From Candidatus Latescibacterota bacterium (GTDB lineage Bacteria; Latescibacterota; UBA2968), in NCBI GenBank assembly GCA_965204745.1, contig OZ242010.1:3616001-3680000 (forward strand): a stretch of 64,000 bases of DNA, read 5' to 3'. The notes under the pieces were generated by a model. It worked only from the letters and a program-made list of their open reading frames with translations. It did not search any database and had not been told where the DNA came from. The position numbers were made by a program, and so were the translations under genes. Each line of letters opens with the position of its first letter. Within the stretch, counting starts at the first letter, position 1. Shown here one piece after another: positions 18,871 to 30,914 of the stretch.

Positions 18871-20310
18871 ATGTTCTCTCGAATCAAATCCCTCGCGCAA
18901 CACACGGCGATTTACGGCATGGGCGATTTGCTTGGGCGGGCCGTGTCGGTCTTGCTCGTGCCGGTGTACGCACGGCATCTCGGCGCAGAGGACAATGGCA
19001 TTTTGTCTTTGGCGTTTGCGTTTATTGGGTTTAGCGCGGTGGTGTATTCCCTCGGTCTCAATCCCGCGCTGATACGCCTCTTGTCCGGCAAGGCCGATCT
19101 CGACGAGCACCGCGTCGCGTTCAGTTCGGCATTTTGGACGTTGCTCGCCGTGGGAAGCGTCTTGTCCGGGGCGATTTGGGCGAGTGCCGAGGGGCTCGCC
19201 CATTCCTTGTTGGGCAGCGCGACGTACAGCGCGTTTTTCGCGTTGATGGCCGCGATTATCCTGTTGGACGCGCTGTCAGAACCCCTGTTCACCTGTTGCC
19301 GCGCACGCCAACGGTCGCTTCACTACGCGGTTGTGCGCGTGATTCAGCACACCTTGCAACTCGGCCTGACGGTGTATTTGATCGCGTATCTCGAGCGCGG
19401 GCCAATCGCGGTTTTTGAAGCCAATTTCATCAGTTCCCTGTTCGCGCTCGCGGTCATGCTGCCCGTGGGCGCGCGCGTGATTCGGCCCGCGTTTTCTCGG
19501 CATGCGTTGCGCGAGTTGCTGCGCTTTGGCCTGCCGTTTGTGCCGTCTGCGCTGTCCATTCTCGTCATCGGCTTGTCCGACCGGTTCCTGATTCGCTTTT
19601 TTTTAGGGCTTGAGGACTTGGGGATTTACGGCATTGCGTACAAACTCGGCCTGCCCATCTTCTTCGTGGTCAAGGCGTTTCGCACAGCCTGGGCACCCGC
19701 TGTGCTCGACGAGGATGAATCCGCAGAGGAAACCCCGCGCATGTGCGCGCAGATCACCACGTATTTCGCGCTGTTCGGGGTTTTTGCCTGCTTGATTTTG
19801 GGCGCGTTTGCACGCGAGATCGTCGTTCTGGTCGCCGGCGACAATGCCGAAACCTATCTCGAGGGCGTGCAGGTCGTCCCGCTGGTTGGGCTGGCCTTTT
19901 TCTTTTACGGCCTCTACGTGATTCTCACCGCGGGCGTGTACGCCAAAGGCCGCGCAGGGGCCTTGCCGTTTATCGTGGGCGCAGGGGCGTGTATCAATGT
20001 TGCGATAAATCTCGTCTGCTTGCCCAGGTTTGGATTTGTCGCGGCTGCGTATAGCACGCTCATCGCGCACGTCTCGATGGTGGTGTTGCTCTTTTTTGCT
20101 GTGCGCCGGTTTTATCCGGTGCCCTACGACTACGCGCGGTTGGGCAAAATTTGCGTGACGGCTGTCATCGTTTTTGTGGCCCTGTCCGGGCATTTGCACG
20201 ACATGTCCGCCCAAGGGGTTGGCGCGCGCGCGATTTTTGTGTTGAGCTATCCCCTGATTTTGTGGGGCTGGCGATTTTTCAATCCCCCAAAAGCAACTGA
20301 TAGTCGTTGA
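18871..20310 (+). CDS. Oligosaccharide flippase (Wzx/MATE-like polysaccharide export protein)
   Basis: About 12-14 TM segments; AIYGMGD..LLVPVYAR, LLRFGLPFVP, SDRFLI..LGIYGIAYKL. The ORF-track extension upstream is repeat-derived. Confidence 0.88.
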   Translation: MFSRIKSLAQHTAIYGMGDLLGRAVSVLLVPVYARHLGAEDNGILSLAFAFIGFSAVVYSLGLNPALIRLLSGKADLDEHRVAFSSAFWTLLAVGSVLSGAIWASAEGLAHSLLGSATYSAFFALMAAIILLDALSEPLFTCCRARQRSLHYAVVRVIQHTLQLGLTVYLIAYLERGPIAVFEANFISSLFALAVMLPVGARVIRPAFSRHALRELLRFGLPFVPSALSILVIGLSDRFLIRFFLGLEDLGIYGIAYKLGLPIFFVVKAFRTAWAPAVLDEDESAEETPRMCAQITTYFALFGVFACLILGAFAREIVVLVAGDNAETYLEGVQVVPLVGLAFFFYGLYVILTAGVYAKGRAGALPFIVGAGACINVAINLVCLPRFGFVAAAYSTLIAHVSMVVLLFFAVRRFYPVPYDYARLGKICVTAVIVFVALSGHLHDMSAQGVGARAIFVLSYPLILWGWRFFNPPKATDSR

Positions 20311-20346
20311 CTCTGGCCCGCGATTCCGTATATTGATTTTCACAGT

Positions 20347-20450
20347 GGCCCGTGCGACTGGCGAATGAACGTGGAATTGACCACGGGGAAGCGCGGCCCT
20401 TTCAACCGATAGCCGCTCGCCTGGGCTTCCATATTGCCCAGGCTATTTTT
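20347..20450 (+). promoter_or_regulatory. ZMP/ZTP (pfl) riboswitch with terminator expression platform
   Basis: GCGACTGGCGAA..GTGGA..ACCACGGGGAAGCGC..GCCGCTCGCCTGGGC; terminator GCCTGGGC/GCCCAGGC-TATTTTT overlaps the 3' aptamer; promoter TTGACT-16-TATATT at 20307; lies upstream of glyA. Confidence 0.92.
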
Positions 20451-20476
20451 GTACCTGACCACAAAGGAGGAAATCC

Positions 20477-22000
20477 GTGTCCCGTCCCCTCGCCGAGTAT
20501 CTGGCTCAAAATCCCAACCCGAATCCCGGGTTTGTCGCGTATTTGGCCGCGCTGGAGCAAGTCGCGTCCGTGGCGCCGGAGATCGCCGCGACCATCGTGG
20601 CGGAGTTGGCAGATCAGCGCGCCAATCTCAAAATGATCGCCAGCGAGAATTATTGCTCGTTAGCCGTGCAACTGGCGATGGGCAATTTGCTGACGGACAA
20701 GTACGCGGAAGGCATTCCCAACCATCGGTTTTACGCCGGCTGTGACAATGTGGATGCCATTGAAAGCCGGGCCGCAAAACTGGCCTGCGATCTCTTTGGC
20801 GCGGATCACGCATACCTACAACCGCATTCGGGTGCAGACGCCAATATGGTCGCGTTTTGGGCCATTCTCACGGCGCGCGTTCAGGATGTCGCGCTGAAAA
20901 AATCGGGGCACAAATCGCCCTTTGACCTGTCGGGCAAGGCGTGGGACGCGCTACGCAGGCAACTGGGCAACCAAAAGCTCTTGGGCCTCGACCTCTCATC
21001 GGGCGGGCATCTCACGCACGGGTATCGCATCAATGTTTCCGGGCGCATGTTTGACGCGCATGCATACGCGGTGGACAAGGCGTCGGGCTTGCTCGACTAC
21101 GACGCCATCCGGGATCGGGCCAAAGCGGTCCGGCCCTTGATTCTCTTGGCGGGGTATAGCGCGTATCCGCGCAAGATGAATTTTCGCATTTTTCGGGAGA
21201 TCGCCGACGAGGTGGGCGCGGTGCTGATGGTCGATATGGCGCATTTTGCCGGGCTTGTCGCGGGCGGGGTTTTCTGCGGGGATTTTGACCCCATGGCCCA
21301 TGCCCAAGTCGTGACCACCACCACGCACAAGACCCTGCGCGGCCCCAGAGGGGGCATGGTCTTGTGCGATGCGGAGTTTGTAGAGCAGGTCGATAAGGGG
21401 TGCCCGATGGTGCTCGGCGGGCCATTGCCCCATGTGATGGCTGCCAAGGCCATCGCATTGCAAGAGGCCAGCACCCCCGAATTTCGGACGTACGCGGGCA
21501 AAATCGTGGATAATGCCCGAGCGCTCGCGCAGGCGTGTCTAAGCGCGGGGTTGTGCGTGCTCACCGGGGGGACGGACAATCACCTGCTCCAAATCGACGT
21601 CACGCCGTTCGACCTCACGGGCAGGCAGGCCGAGGCCCTGTTGCGCGAGGCCGGGATGACCCTAAACAAAAACACCATTCCCTTTGACCCCAATGGCCCG
21701 TGGTACACCAGCGGCCTCCGCGTGGGCACGGCCGCGCTGACGACCCTGGGCATGGGCACAGGGGAGATGCGCGAAATCGGCGCGATGATGGGCGATGTGC
21801 TGACCCACGCGCGGCCCTTGAAATTCACCCGTGGCAAAAGCGCTGGGCAGTTCAGCAAGATCAAATACAAGGTCGAGGCCGGGATCATCGAAAACGCACA
21901 GCAAAAAATCGCCACCCTACTCGCGCAGTTCCCCCTATATCCAGAACTGGATTTGGCGTATCTTCAAGCGGCGTTCAAAAAAGTAAGAGGTAAGACGTAA
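20477..22000 (+). CDS. glyA: Serine hydroxymethyltransferase (long form)
   Basis: MIASENY, DKYAEG, QPHSGADAN, GGHLTHG, DMAHFAGLVA, TTTHKTLRGPRGG. Confidence 0.96.
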   Translation: MSRPLAEYLAQNPNPNPGFVAYLAALEQVASVAPEIAATIVAELADQRANLKMIASENYCSLAVQLAMGNLLTDKYAEGIPNHRFYAGCDNVDAIESRAAKLACDLFGADHAYLQPHSGADANMVAFWAILTARVQDVALKKSGHKSPFDLSGKAWDALRRQLGNQKLLGLDLSSGGHLTHGYRINVSGRMFDAHAYAVDKASGLLDYDAIRDRAKAVRPLILLAGYSAYPRKMNFRIFREIADEVGAVLMVDMAHFAGLVAGGVFCGDFDPMAHAQVVTTTTHKTLRGPRGGMVLCDAEFVEQVDKGCPMVLGGPLPHVMAAKAIALQEASTPEFRTYAGKIVDNARALAQACLSAGLCVLTGGTDNHLLQIDVTPFDLTGRQAEALLREAGMTLNKNTIPFDPNGPWYTSGLRVGTAALTTLGMGTGEMREIGAMMGDVLTHARPLKFTRGKSAGQFSKIKYKVEAGIIENAQQKIATLLAQFPLYPELDLAYLQAAFKKVRGKT

Positions 22001-22056
22001 GACGGGAGACGTAAGACGGGAGACGTAAGACGGGAGACGTAAGACGGGAGAGGTGA
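21990..22056 (+). repeat. (GTAAGAC/GGGAGAC)n heptamer array. Related arrays at about 25128, 54808, 62498-62612
   Basis: gtaagacgtaagacgggagacgtaagacgggagac... Confidence 0.9.
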
Positions 22057-22204
22057 GGCAACCCCGCCACCGCCCAAGTAGTCAGTAGTCAGTTGTCAGT
22101 AGTCAGTCCACCCAACCCCAAGGACAAGTGCGCGATGGTTCAAATCTTAATTCGCATTATCAGCTATCAACCCCCTCCCATACTCCCAAAGCGAGGAAGC
22201 GATT

Positions 22205-23449
22205 TTGAACACGAGAAGAGGGACGCGCAACAACACCGTGCGTCAAAATAGGCGTGTCTCGCGGCGGAAGCGCGGACGAGAGCACAGCGAAACCGCGAAG
22301 CCGCAACAGCATCAGCCGCGCCGAGAATCGCGCAACCTGACGCGGTGGGACGCGATGGGCATCCTCGCGCTCGGCCTGCTGGTGGTGGTCAGCTACTTCC
22401 CGGCGTTCTTTGCCGGTTTTGTCTGGGATGACCGCGTCTTCACCGAGGCCCGTGCGGTTCGGGACCTGGACGGCCTGTGGCGCATCTATTTCTCGCCCGC
22501 AGAGATCGAGAACGAGGCGCACTACTGGCCGCTGGTCTATACGACCTTCTGGTTAGAGCACAAGTTGTGGGGTTACGCTCCAACTGGCTACCACATCGTC
22601 AATGTTTTGCTGCACCTCGTCAACACCCTGCTCCTTTGGCGTCTGATCGAGCGGTTGACCGTGCCCGGCGCGTGGATCCTCGCCGCCGTGTTCGCAGTTC
22701 ATCCCCTGCATGTCGAGTCCGTCGCCTGGGTGATCGAGCGCAAGGACGTGCTCTCGGGGCTATTTTATCTCGCGGCCTTCTCGACCTACATTCGCTTTGT
22801 ACAGGAGGAGCGTTCGGGACAGGGGCGAAAACACTACCTCTTGGCACTCGCGCTGTTCGCCCTGGGGTTATTGTGCAAGTCTATCGTGGTCACCTTGCCC
22901 GCGGCATTGTCGATCTATCATTGGTGGAAACACGGGCGCATAACCGGCGCGGACCTGCTCGGGTTGGCGCCGTTCTTCGCGGTAGGTCTGATCGCCGCGG
23001 GCGCAGATGTGACATTCGCCGCGTCGCGAGAACCCCTTGCCCTCGGCTACGCCATGCCCGAGCGGCTCCTCATCGCAACGCACGCCTTGTGGTTCTACGC
23101 GGGCAAGTTGCTGTGGCCGGTGGACTTAGCGGTCATCTATCCCCATTGGGAGGTGAACGTCACAGACCCGCTGGCATGGAGCTATGTCATAGCCGCTGTT
23201 GCAGTGGTCGCGGCACTTTATGGCTTTCGACATCGGATCGGGCGCGGCCCACTGGCCGGCGCGCTGTTCTTCGCGGTGACCCTGTCGCCCGTGCTCGGCT
23301 TTGTGGACTTCGGGTACATGCAATTCTCCTTTGTCGCGGACCGTTACCAATATCTGGCCGGTATCGGGTTGATGACCGCGCTCGTCGGTGCCGCGACTTA
23401 TGGCGTGGGACGCTTGCCGGAGGGATGGCGAAAGGGCGCGACGACCTAG
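22205..23449 (+). pseudogene. TMTC-like (GT-C type) membrane glycosyltransferase domain, C-terminally truncated with no TPR region
   Basis: GFVWDD, YWPLVYTTFWLE, FAVHPLHVESVAWVIERKDVL, ADRYQYL. The ORF stops soon after, where homologues carry more TM helices and TPRs. Confidence 0.65.
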
Positions 23450-23463
23450 TGGTCAGTGGGACT

Positions 23464-23670
23464 TTATCCCCCCTGCACGGCTTGGATAATATCCACGTGG
23501 TCGCCATTGTGCAGGCGCGTGGTTGCCCACATCGTGCGGGCGATGACTTCGGCGTTTACGGCGATGGCTATGCCGGTGTGGTTCGGGCCGAGGTTCATCG
23601 CGGTCAACAAATCGGTCAGGGTTGACGCATCGGTCACTGCGCGGGTTTGACCATTTACTGTGAGTTGCAT
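23464..23670 (-). CDS. thiS: Sulfur carrier protein ThiS
   Basis: 68 aa, MQLTVNG...IAIAVNAEVI...AVQGG. Confidence 0.95.
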   Translation of the reverse strand: MQLTVNGQTRAVTDASTLTDLLTAMNLGPNHTGIAIAVNAEVIARTMWATTRLHNGDHVDIIQAVQGG

Positions 23671-23727
23671 AGGTGATAATCCAATCGGTACATCAATCGT
23701 AGGGGCAGGCCCCCGTGCCCGTCCGCG

Positions 23728-24864
23728 TTACAATCCAAATCGGTCGATGCCAAAGGGGCGAATAATTTCCGGGGTGTGGCCTTCCAAAATCACTTCGGCG
23801 ATAGCCAGCGCGGTCAAGGGGGTGAGCAAGATGCCCTTGCGATAATGCCCGGTCGCCATGATCAAGCCCTCAACCGGGGTTTGGCCCAAAATGGGCGCGT
23901 CATCCCGGCTGCCCGGACGCAACCCGGCCATGGATTCGACGATGGGCAAATCGTAAATCCCCGGCACGACTTCCCACGCGGCGCGCAGGAGTTCAAACAT
24001 GCCCCCGGCGGTTACGTCTGCGTCAAAGCCCATTTCTTCGGAGGTCGCGCCGAGGACGAGGTGTCCGTTGTTTTTTGGCACGAGATAGGCGACTGCGGAG
24101 GTCGCCACGCGGGAATACCAAACCATTGTGTTGAGCGCGAGTTCCGGGGTCATGCCCAAGCGTGCGATTTGCCCGCGCACCGGGCGCACTGGCGGTTTGG
24201 CACAATCGGGTAGCCCCGGCAACAGGCGGGACCAGCATCCGGACGCCAATACGACGGTGTCGCCTGTGTGGACTTCATCGCGGATTCGTAGCCCGCGCAC
24301 GCGCGTTCCATCGACCAAGAGTTCATCCACTTCTGCGCGTTCAACAATGTCGCCGCCTGCGGTCTCGACTCCGCGTTTCAACGCCATCGTCAGTTGCCGG
24401 TTATCGACTTGGTGATCGCCCGGGCACCACACGGCCGCGCTGACTTGCGCGGACAAATGCGGCTCTTTCTCCCGCGCTTCCGCTCCGGAAAGATAAGTGA
24501 CGGGCAAGCCCAAGTCGCGCTGATAGCGGTATCGAAATTTGAGGTATTCCAGATCGTCTTGCGTGATGCCGACCATCAGCACGCCATCGCGCCGATACCC
24601 CACGCAACACCCGGTTTCGGCCTCCAATTCCCGGACGAAATCCGGATAGACCTCCATCGCTTTCAGCCCGAGACGCAACAGGGCTTCCTCCTCAAACTGC
24701 GCTTCGGACAAGGGAGACAACATGCCGGCGGACGCCCAACTCGCGGAGTGCCCGACGCGGCCTCGGTCAAACACGCCCACGGAACACCCGGCACGCGCCA
24801 GCCGCCAACCTATTGCCAAGCCAATGGCCCCGCCTCCTATGATCAGCACGCGCTTGTGCGACAT
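23728..24864 (-). CDS. thiO: Glycine oxidase
   Basis: IIGGGAIG, ASWASAGML, PVRGQ, AGLRPG, GHYRKGILL; lies between a TPP riboswitch and thiS. Confidence 0.93.
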   Translation of the reverse strand: MSHKRVLIIGGGAIGLAIGWRLARAGCSVGVFDRGRVGHSASWASAGMLSPLSEAQFEEEALLRLGLKAMEVYPDFVRELEAETGCCVGYRRDGVLMVGITQDDLEYLKFRYRYQRDLGLPVTYLSGAEAREKEPHLSAQVSAAVWCPGDHQVDNRQLTMALKRGVETAGGDIVERAEVDELLVDGTRVRGLRIRDEVHTGDTVVLASGCWSRLLPGLPDCAKPPVRPVRGQIARLGMTPELALNTMVWYSRVATSAVAYLVPKNNGHLVLGATSEEMGFDADVTAGGMFELLRAAWEVVPGIYDLPIVESMAGLRPGSRDDAPILGQTPVEGLIMATGHYRKGILLTPLTALAIAEVILEGHTPEIIRPFGIDRFGL

Positions 24865-24924
24865 TGCGACCTCAACAAAAAACCACCCTCCGCCGAGCGT
24901 TGAGTGGTCGTCTTCCATGATGCG

Positions 24925-24998
24925 AACTCCCTACGCCGGCACGATCCGGATCAGGTGCAAAGGGTGTGATCTCAGCTCGCCGCAACGAGCACCCCTGT
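24925..24998 (-). promoter_or_regulatory. TPP riboswitch (thiO-thiS)
   Basis: Minus strand AGGGGTGC..GCTGAGAT.ACACCCTTTGCACCTGATCCGGATCGTGCCGGCGTAGGGA; promoter TTGACC-17-TATGTT at 25044-25016. Confidence 0.93.
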
Positions 24999-25226
24999 CT
25001 TCATTTTGCGGGGACAACATACCATTTTCCCGCATGCAGGTCAAGTTGTTCTCAATAACGCCACAGTACGCGACGTGAACGGGCATCGGAGTACGCCGAG
25101 TTTTTGGGAGTTTTGGGGGTGGCCCTCTCCCGTCTCGCCTCTCCCGTCTCCCTTGCGGGTTCGTCTATTCTGCAATAACGCTTGACACTCCTTGCAATAT
25201 GCCGTAGTTTGTTGGGACAATGCTGA

Positions 25227-27053
<1,827 letters not shown>

Positions 27054-27077
27054 GGAGAAAGGAAGGTCTCTTAAGTT

Positions 27078-27383
27078 ATGAACTTCAAACTAAGTCCCGA
27101 AATCGAAGCATTGATCGCAAAAAAGGTTGCGGGTGGTGAATACAAAAGTGTGAATGCTTTTTTAGAACAGGCCATCCAACAGACCTTAAAGGGTTTAGAG
27201 CGAGCGAAGCCCCGCGATTCCTCGCCATCTTATGATGATGTTGAGGATCTGTTGGTCGATAGCAAAACCTTGCAATATTATGCCAGAGATGCCGATGACA
27301 CGGTCACGCTTGAAGAGGTGCGCCATATCCTTTCAAAAATTTCTGGCTCGCTGGCAGATGATCTCATCGCAGAGAGGGGTTAA
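27078..27383 (+). CDS. Probable antitoxin (ParD-like ribbon-helix-helix N-terminus)
   Basis: LSPEIEALIAKKVAGGEYKSVNAFLEQAI; directly precedes a PIN-domain gene. Confidence 0.7.
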   Translation: MNFKLSPEIEALIAKKVAGGEYKSVNAFLEQAIQQTLKGLERAKPRDSSPSYDDVEDLLVDSKTLQYYARDADDTVTLEEVRHILSKISGSLADDLIAERG

Positions 27384-27587
27384 GTGGCAAATTATTTTTT
27401 CGACGCTAGTGCGCTTGTCAAACGATATCACACGGAGTTGGGTAGTCAAAAAATAAACCAATTTTTCGAAGATGAGTCTCGTCATTTTATCGCTGAATTA
27501 ACAGTGATTGAAATTCACGCTGCATTTTCTAAGAAAAGGCTTATGAATGAAATTGGGACAGACGAAGAATTGCAAGGTTGCGGGTGA
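27384..27587 (+). pseudogene. VapC/PIN toxin truncated to 67 aa
   Basis: YFFDASALVKRY..E.GS and ELTVIEI are present; the C-terminal half with the remaining acidic residues is absent. Confidence 0.75.
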
Positions 27588-27612
27588 TAGCTAAATTTCA
27601 AAGGACGATGCA

Positions 27613-27837
27613 ATGGCGACGATATTGACAGCAGCGATTTTTTTGGCGGTGGCATTTGCGTTTATGGCGGGTGCATTGGCATTTGCACAGTACAAAAAAA
27701 AGCAACAGAGTTGTTGCGGCGATGCGCTGGAAATCCATGAGCGCGGCGCGGATGAGGAGTCATCGTGCTTTACGTGTCCGCGGCGCAAGAAGGCGGGGCA
27801 TGGTGGACAGGAGACAGTCGCCGCAGAGCAGGTATGA
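27613..27837 (+). CDS. Small Cys-rich membrane protein (NqrM/DUF539-like)
   Basis: N-terminal TM helix, SCCG and CFTC; RBS AAGGA. Confidence 0.6.
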   Translation: MATILTAAIFLAVAFAFMAGALAFAQYKKKQQSCCGDALEIHERGADEESSCFTCPRRKKAGHGGQETVAAEQV

Positions 27838-27928
27838 TAGGTTCGGCTAGCGGAACAACTGCGCCGAGTGCGAGCACATAGATGCGTAAGACGCGCTCAC
27901 CTCATCCCTCGCGGGGCAGGTAGAACAG

Positions 27929-28237
27929 TCAACGCAACGGGGGATGCCAGTCAAGTTTTCCGTCTTTGAGGCGACAGCGGGTTTCGCGGAGTGTGTCGTT
28001 GCGGTCTTTGTAGATCACTTTCCATTCGATGTATTTTACGGCCAAAAGGTCCGGCTGGTGATTCACCCGGACCTTTTTTGTTTCTCTGATGACGCGCTCG
28101 ATGCTCACGACCCGGCCTTCAATTTTGTTGATGGCCAAGCGGATTTGCGTGACATAGCGGTTGCGCCACGCAAAATAATAGAGAAAGAATCCAAAGATGA
28201 GTGCGGTGAAGACGTAAGCCATGAGGATGGTGGTCAC
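27929..28237 (-). CDS. Hypothetical membrane-anchored protein
   Basis: 102 aa, one N-terminal TM helix, GAGAGGGG RBS before GTG. Confidence 0.65.
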   Translation of the reverse strand: MTTILMAYVFTALIFGFFLYYFAWRNRYVTQIRLAINKIEGRVVSIERVIRETKKVRVNHQPDLLAVKYIEWKVIYKDRNDTLRETRCRLKDGKLDWHPPLR

Positions 28238-28830
28238 GGATGCCCCTCTCTTCGTCTAATCGCCTGTGGGATGGTGTTAAACATCCAATTCCCGGTCTCA
28301 ATCCACCCGCTTTTATGTTGCTGACTTTCAACTCGTTGTTTTGCCGATCACTAAGGTTGATCGGCGGGAGGAGCGCACCTTCCCACAGGAGACTGCGAAT
28401 TGTCTCGGAAAGTATCTTGGGACGTTGCGTTTGCCACTGTGGTAATTTTGCATGCACACTCAAAAGCGGTTGCGATAACCAAGCCGAGATTCCCTCGTTT
28501 TCAAAACGGGGAGTACGCCAATACAGCAAATATAGGACTGGGCATGATATTTTGCTTGATTTTTATCCGATGGAGATATAAGCTATCAGCGGTCGGGGTT
28601 CAGGGTTCAATCCCGACCATTCGCGGGCAAAAAAACAAAAAGTCACTGCTTCGGACAGGCACAGGGGCCTGTCCCTACGATTGGTTTTTCGCTTTTGGGT
28701 TGTAGTCAGTAGTCAGTCCCCACCTGGCCCTGCCGCCCAAGTAGTCAGTGGTCAGTCCCCGTCCGCGCCCCACCGCTATGTTCGTTAGAATTAGTCAACT
28801 GACAACTGACAACTGACAACTGAGGTTCTC

Positions 28831-29301
28831 ATGCGCTACGTTCTCATGATCATCGTCGTATTCGGCACATGGTTGCTTTGGTCCGGGCATTACACGCTCG
28901 AACACGCGCTCGTTTTTGCGATGGGGGTGGTGTCCTGTGCGTTTGTGGTGTATCTGTGCCATCGTCTGGATATCGTGGATGAAGAAGGGCATCCGATTCA
29001 TCTGCGTTTGGTTTTGTACGTCCCGTGGTTGCTGTGGGCCATTGTCAAAGCGAATGTGGATGTGGCAAAGCGCGTTCTCAACCCGAAGTTGCCCATTGCC
29101 CCGTGCGTGGTGCGCGTCAAAGCCACGCAAAAAAGCGATCTGTGTCGGGTCATTTTTGCCAATTCAATCACCCTGACCCCCGGCACGGTTTCGCTCGATT
29201 TGGATGGGGAAGACATCGTGGTACACGCATTGACGCGAGAAGCCGCTGAGGAGGTGCAAAGCGGCGAGATGAACCGCCGGGTGACGGCACTGGAGCGATG
29301 A
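28831..29301 (+). CDS. mnhE: Na+/H+ antiporter subunit E
   Basis: ANSITLTPGT. Confidence 0.95.
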   Translation: MRYVLMIIVVFGTWLLWSGHYTLEHALVFAMGVVSCAFVVYLCHRLDIVDEEGHPIHLRLVLYVPWLLWAIVKANVDVAKRVLNPKLPIAPCVVRVKATQKSDLCRVIFANSITLTPGTVSLDLDGEDIVVHALTREAAEEVQSGEMNRRVTALER

Positions 29302-29302
29302 G

Positions 29303-29587
29303 ATGTTTGTTGCGGCCCTGATCGGCGTTTTGGTGACGATGGTGCTCGCGCTTTGCCGCGCACTGTTAGGCCCTACGGTGTACGACCGCATCTTGGCGGT
29401 GAATACGTTTGGGACCAAGACCGTGTTGTTCATCGCCGTGATCGGATTTTTGACCGGGCGGCCCGACTTTTTGGACTTGGCGTTGATTTACGTGTTGATC
29501 AATTTTATCGGCACATTGGCGGTGCTCAAATTTGTGACCTACAACGATTTGGGGGCCGATCCAGAAGAGAAAGGAATGCCGCGATGA
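29303..29587 (+). CDS. mnhF: Na+/H+ antiporter subunit F
   Basis: GPTVYDRILA, INFIGTLA. Confidence 0.93.
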   Translation: MFVAALIGVLVTMVLALCRALLGPTVYDRILAVNTFGTKTVLFIAVIGFLTGRPDFLDLALIYVLINFIGTLAVLKFVTYNDLGADPEEKGMPR

Positions 29588-29889
29588 TCGTGGATGTGCT
29601 CAGTTGGATTTGCCTGCTCTTGGGGTGTGCGTCGTGCATCATCGGCGGCCTGGGATTGTTGCGCTTGCCGGATTTTTACAGCCGCATGCACGGCGGGGGC
29701 ATTACCGACACACTAGGGGCAGGTCTCGTTTTGCTGGGCCTGATGTTTCAGGCCGGGTTGACGATGGTCACGGTGAAATTGGCGATGATTTTGGTGGTGT
29801 TGCTCATCACCAGCCCGACCTCGACGCACGCGGTGGGCAAAGCAGCGCTGATTTCCGGGCTTAAGCCCGATGAGCAAGCGGACGGTTGA
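29584..29889 (+). CDS. mnhG: Na+/H+ antiporter subunit G
   Basis: GLLRLPDFYSRMH..DTLG; ATGA overlap. Confidence 0.93.
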   Translation: MIVDVLSWICLLLGCASCIIGGLGLLRLPDFYSRMHGGGITDTLGAGLVLLGLMFQAGLTMVTVKLAMILVVLLITSPTSTHAVGKAALISGLKPDEQADG

Positions 29890-29952
29890 CCGCCGCGGTA
29901 CAACTGCCGACAGGCCGTTCATGTCAAAAACAATGTCCGACGGGAGAGGAGC

Positions 29953-30492
29953 ATGACTGAAATTGCGGATGTGGTTCTGTTGATTTTTATGGTGGTACTC
30001 GCGGTTGCGATTTCCCGGATGCAAAATTTGTTTATGGCCGCGATGATGATGGGGATTTTCAGCCTTTTGTCCGCGGTCGTGTTCACGTTGCTGGACGCCG
30101 TGGATGTCGCCTTCACCGAGGCCGCTGTCGGGGCAGGTGTCTCGACCGTGCTGCTCTTGGGCACGTTGGCGTTGACCACGCGCGAAGAAAAAGTCGGCAA
30201 GCGCAGGAACGCTTTGGCACTGATCGCGGTGCTCGCCACCGGCGGCGCGCTCATTTACGGCACGCAGGACATGCCCCACTACGGCGACGCCAAGGCCCCG
30301 GTTCACACGCATGTCGCGGATCGGTACATCGAAAAATCGGGCGAAGAAATTGGCATTCCCAATATCGTCACCTCGGTATTGGCGAGCTATCGCGGCTATG
30401 ATACCCTGGGCGAAACCACGGTGATTTTTACAGCGGGCGTCGGCGTGATGTTGCTGATGGGCCGTGCGTTGCGACAGGAGGACGAGCCGTGA
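29953..30492 (+). CDS. DUF4040-containing Mrp subunit (split MrpA C-terminal / MnhB-like)
   Basis: AVDVAFTEAAVGAG, NIVTSVLASYRGYDTLGE. Confidence 0.9.
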   Translation: MTEIADVVLLIFMVVLAVAISRMQNLFMAAMMMGIFSLLSAVVFTLLDAVDVAFTEAAVGAGVSTVLLLGTLALTTREEKVGKRRNALALIAVLATGGALIYGTQDMPHYGDAKAPVHTHVADRYIEKSGEEIGIPNIVTSVLASYRGYDTLGETTVIFTAGVGVMLLMGRALRQEDEP

Positions 30493-30914
30493 AACACCAG
30501 AGCATCCCCCGCGTGGTGGGCAAGTTGTTCATCCCCCTAATTCTGTTGTTCGCGCTCTACGTGCAATTTCACGGCGATTTTGGCCCCGGCGGCGGGTTTC
30601 AGGCCGGGGTGATTTTCGCCGCTGCCGTGGTGCTCTACGCGCTGATCTTCGGGTTGGACGTAGCAAAGCAAACCGTGCGGCCGTGCGTCGTGGAATGCCT
30701 GGCCGCACTCGGGGTTTTGATTTTCGCGGGCACGGGGTTGATCTCCTTGGTTACCGGGCGCAATTTTTTGGACTACACGGCGTTGGATCCAGAACATCCG
30801 GCGCACGGGCAACACTTGGGCATCTTTTTGGTGGAACTCGGCGTGGGCGTGACCGTGGCCGCGGTGATGGTGGCGATCTTTTTCGCGTTTGCCGGGCGGA
30901 GGCGATTGCGATGA
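30489..30914 (+). CDS. mnhB: Na+/H+ antiporter subunit B
   Basis: HGDFGPGGGFQAG. Confidence 0.93.
   Translation: MKHQSIPRVVGKLFIPLILLFALYVQFHGDFGPGGGFQAGVIFAAAVVLYALIFGLDVAKQTVRPCVVECLAALGVLIFAGTGLISLVTGRNFLDYTALDPEHPAHGQHLGIFLVELGVGVTVAAVMVAIFFAFAGRRRLR

Noticed and set aside
28260-28550. ORFs of 101-136 aa in the spacer
   Set aside because: No RBS, motifs or consistent coding signal that I can support.
28591-28620. tRNA (GGGTTCAATCCC resembles a T-arm)
   Set aside because: No acceptor stem, D-arm or anticodon arm can be built.
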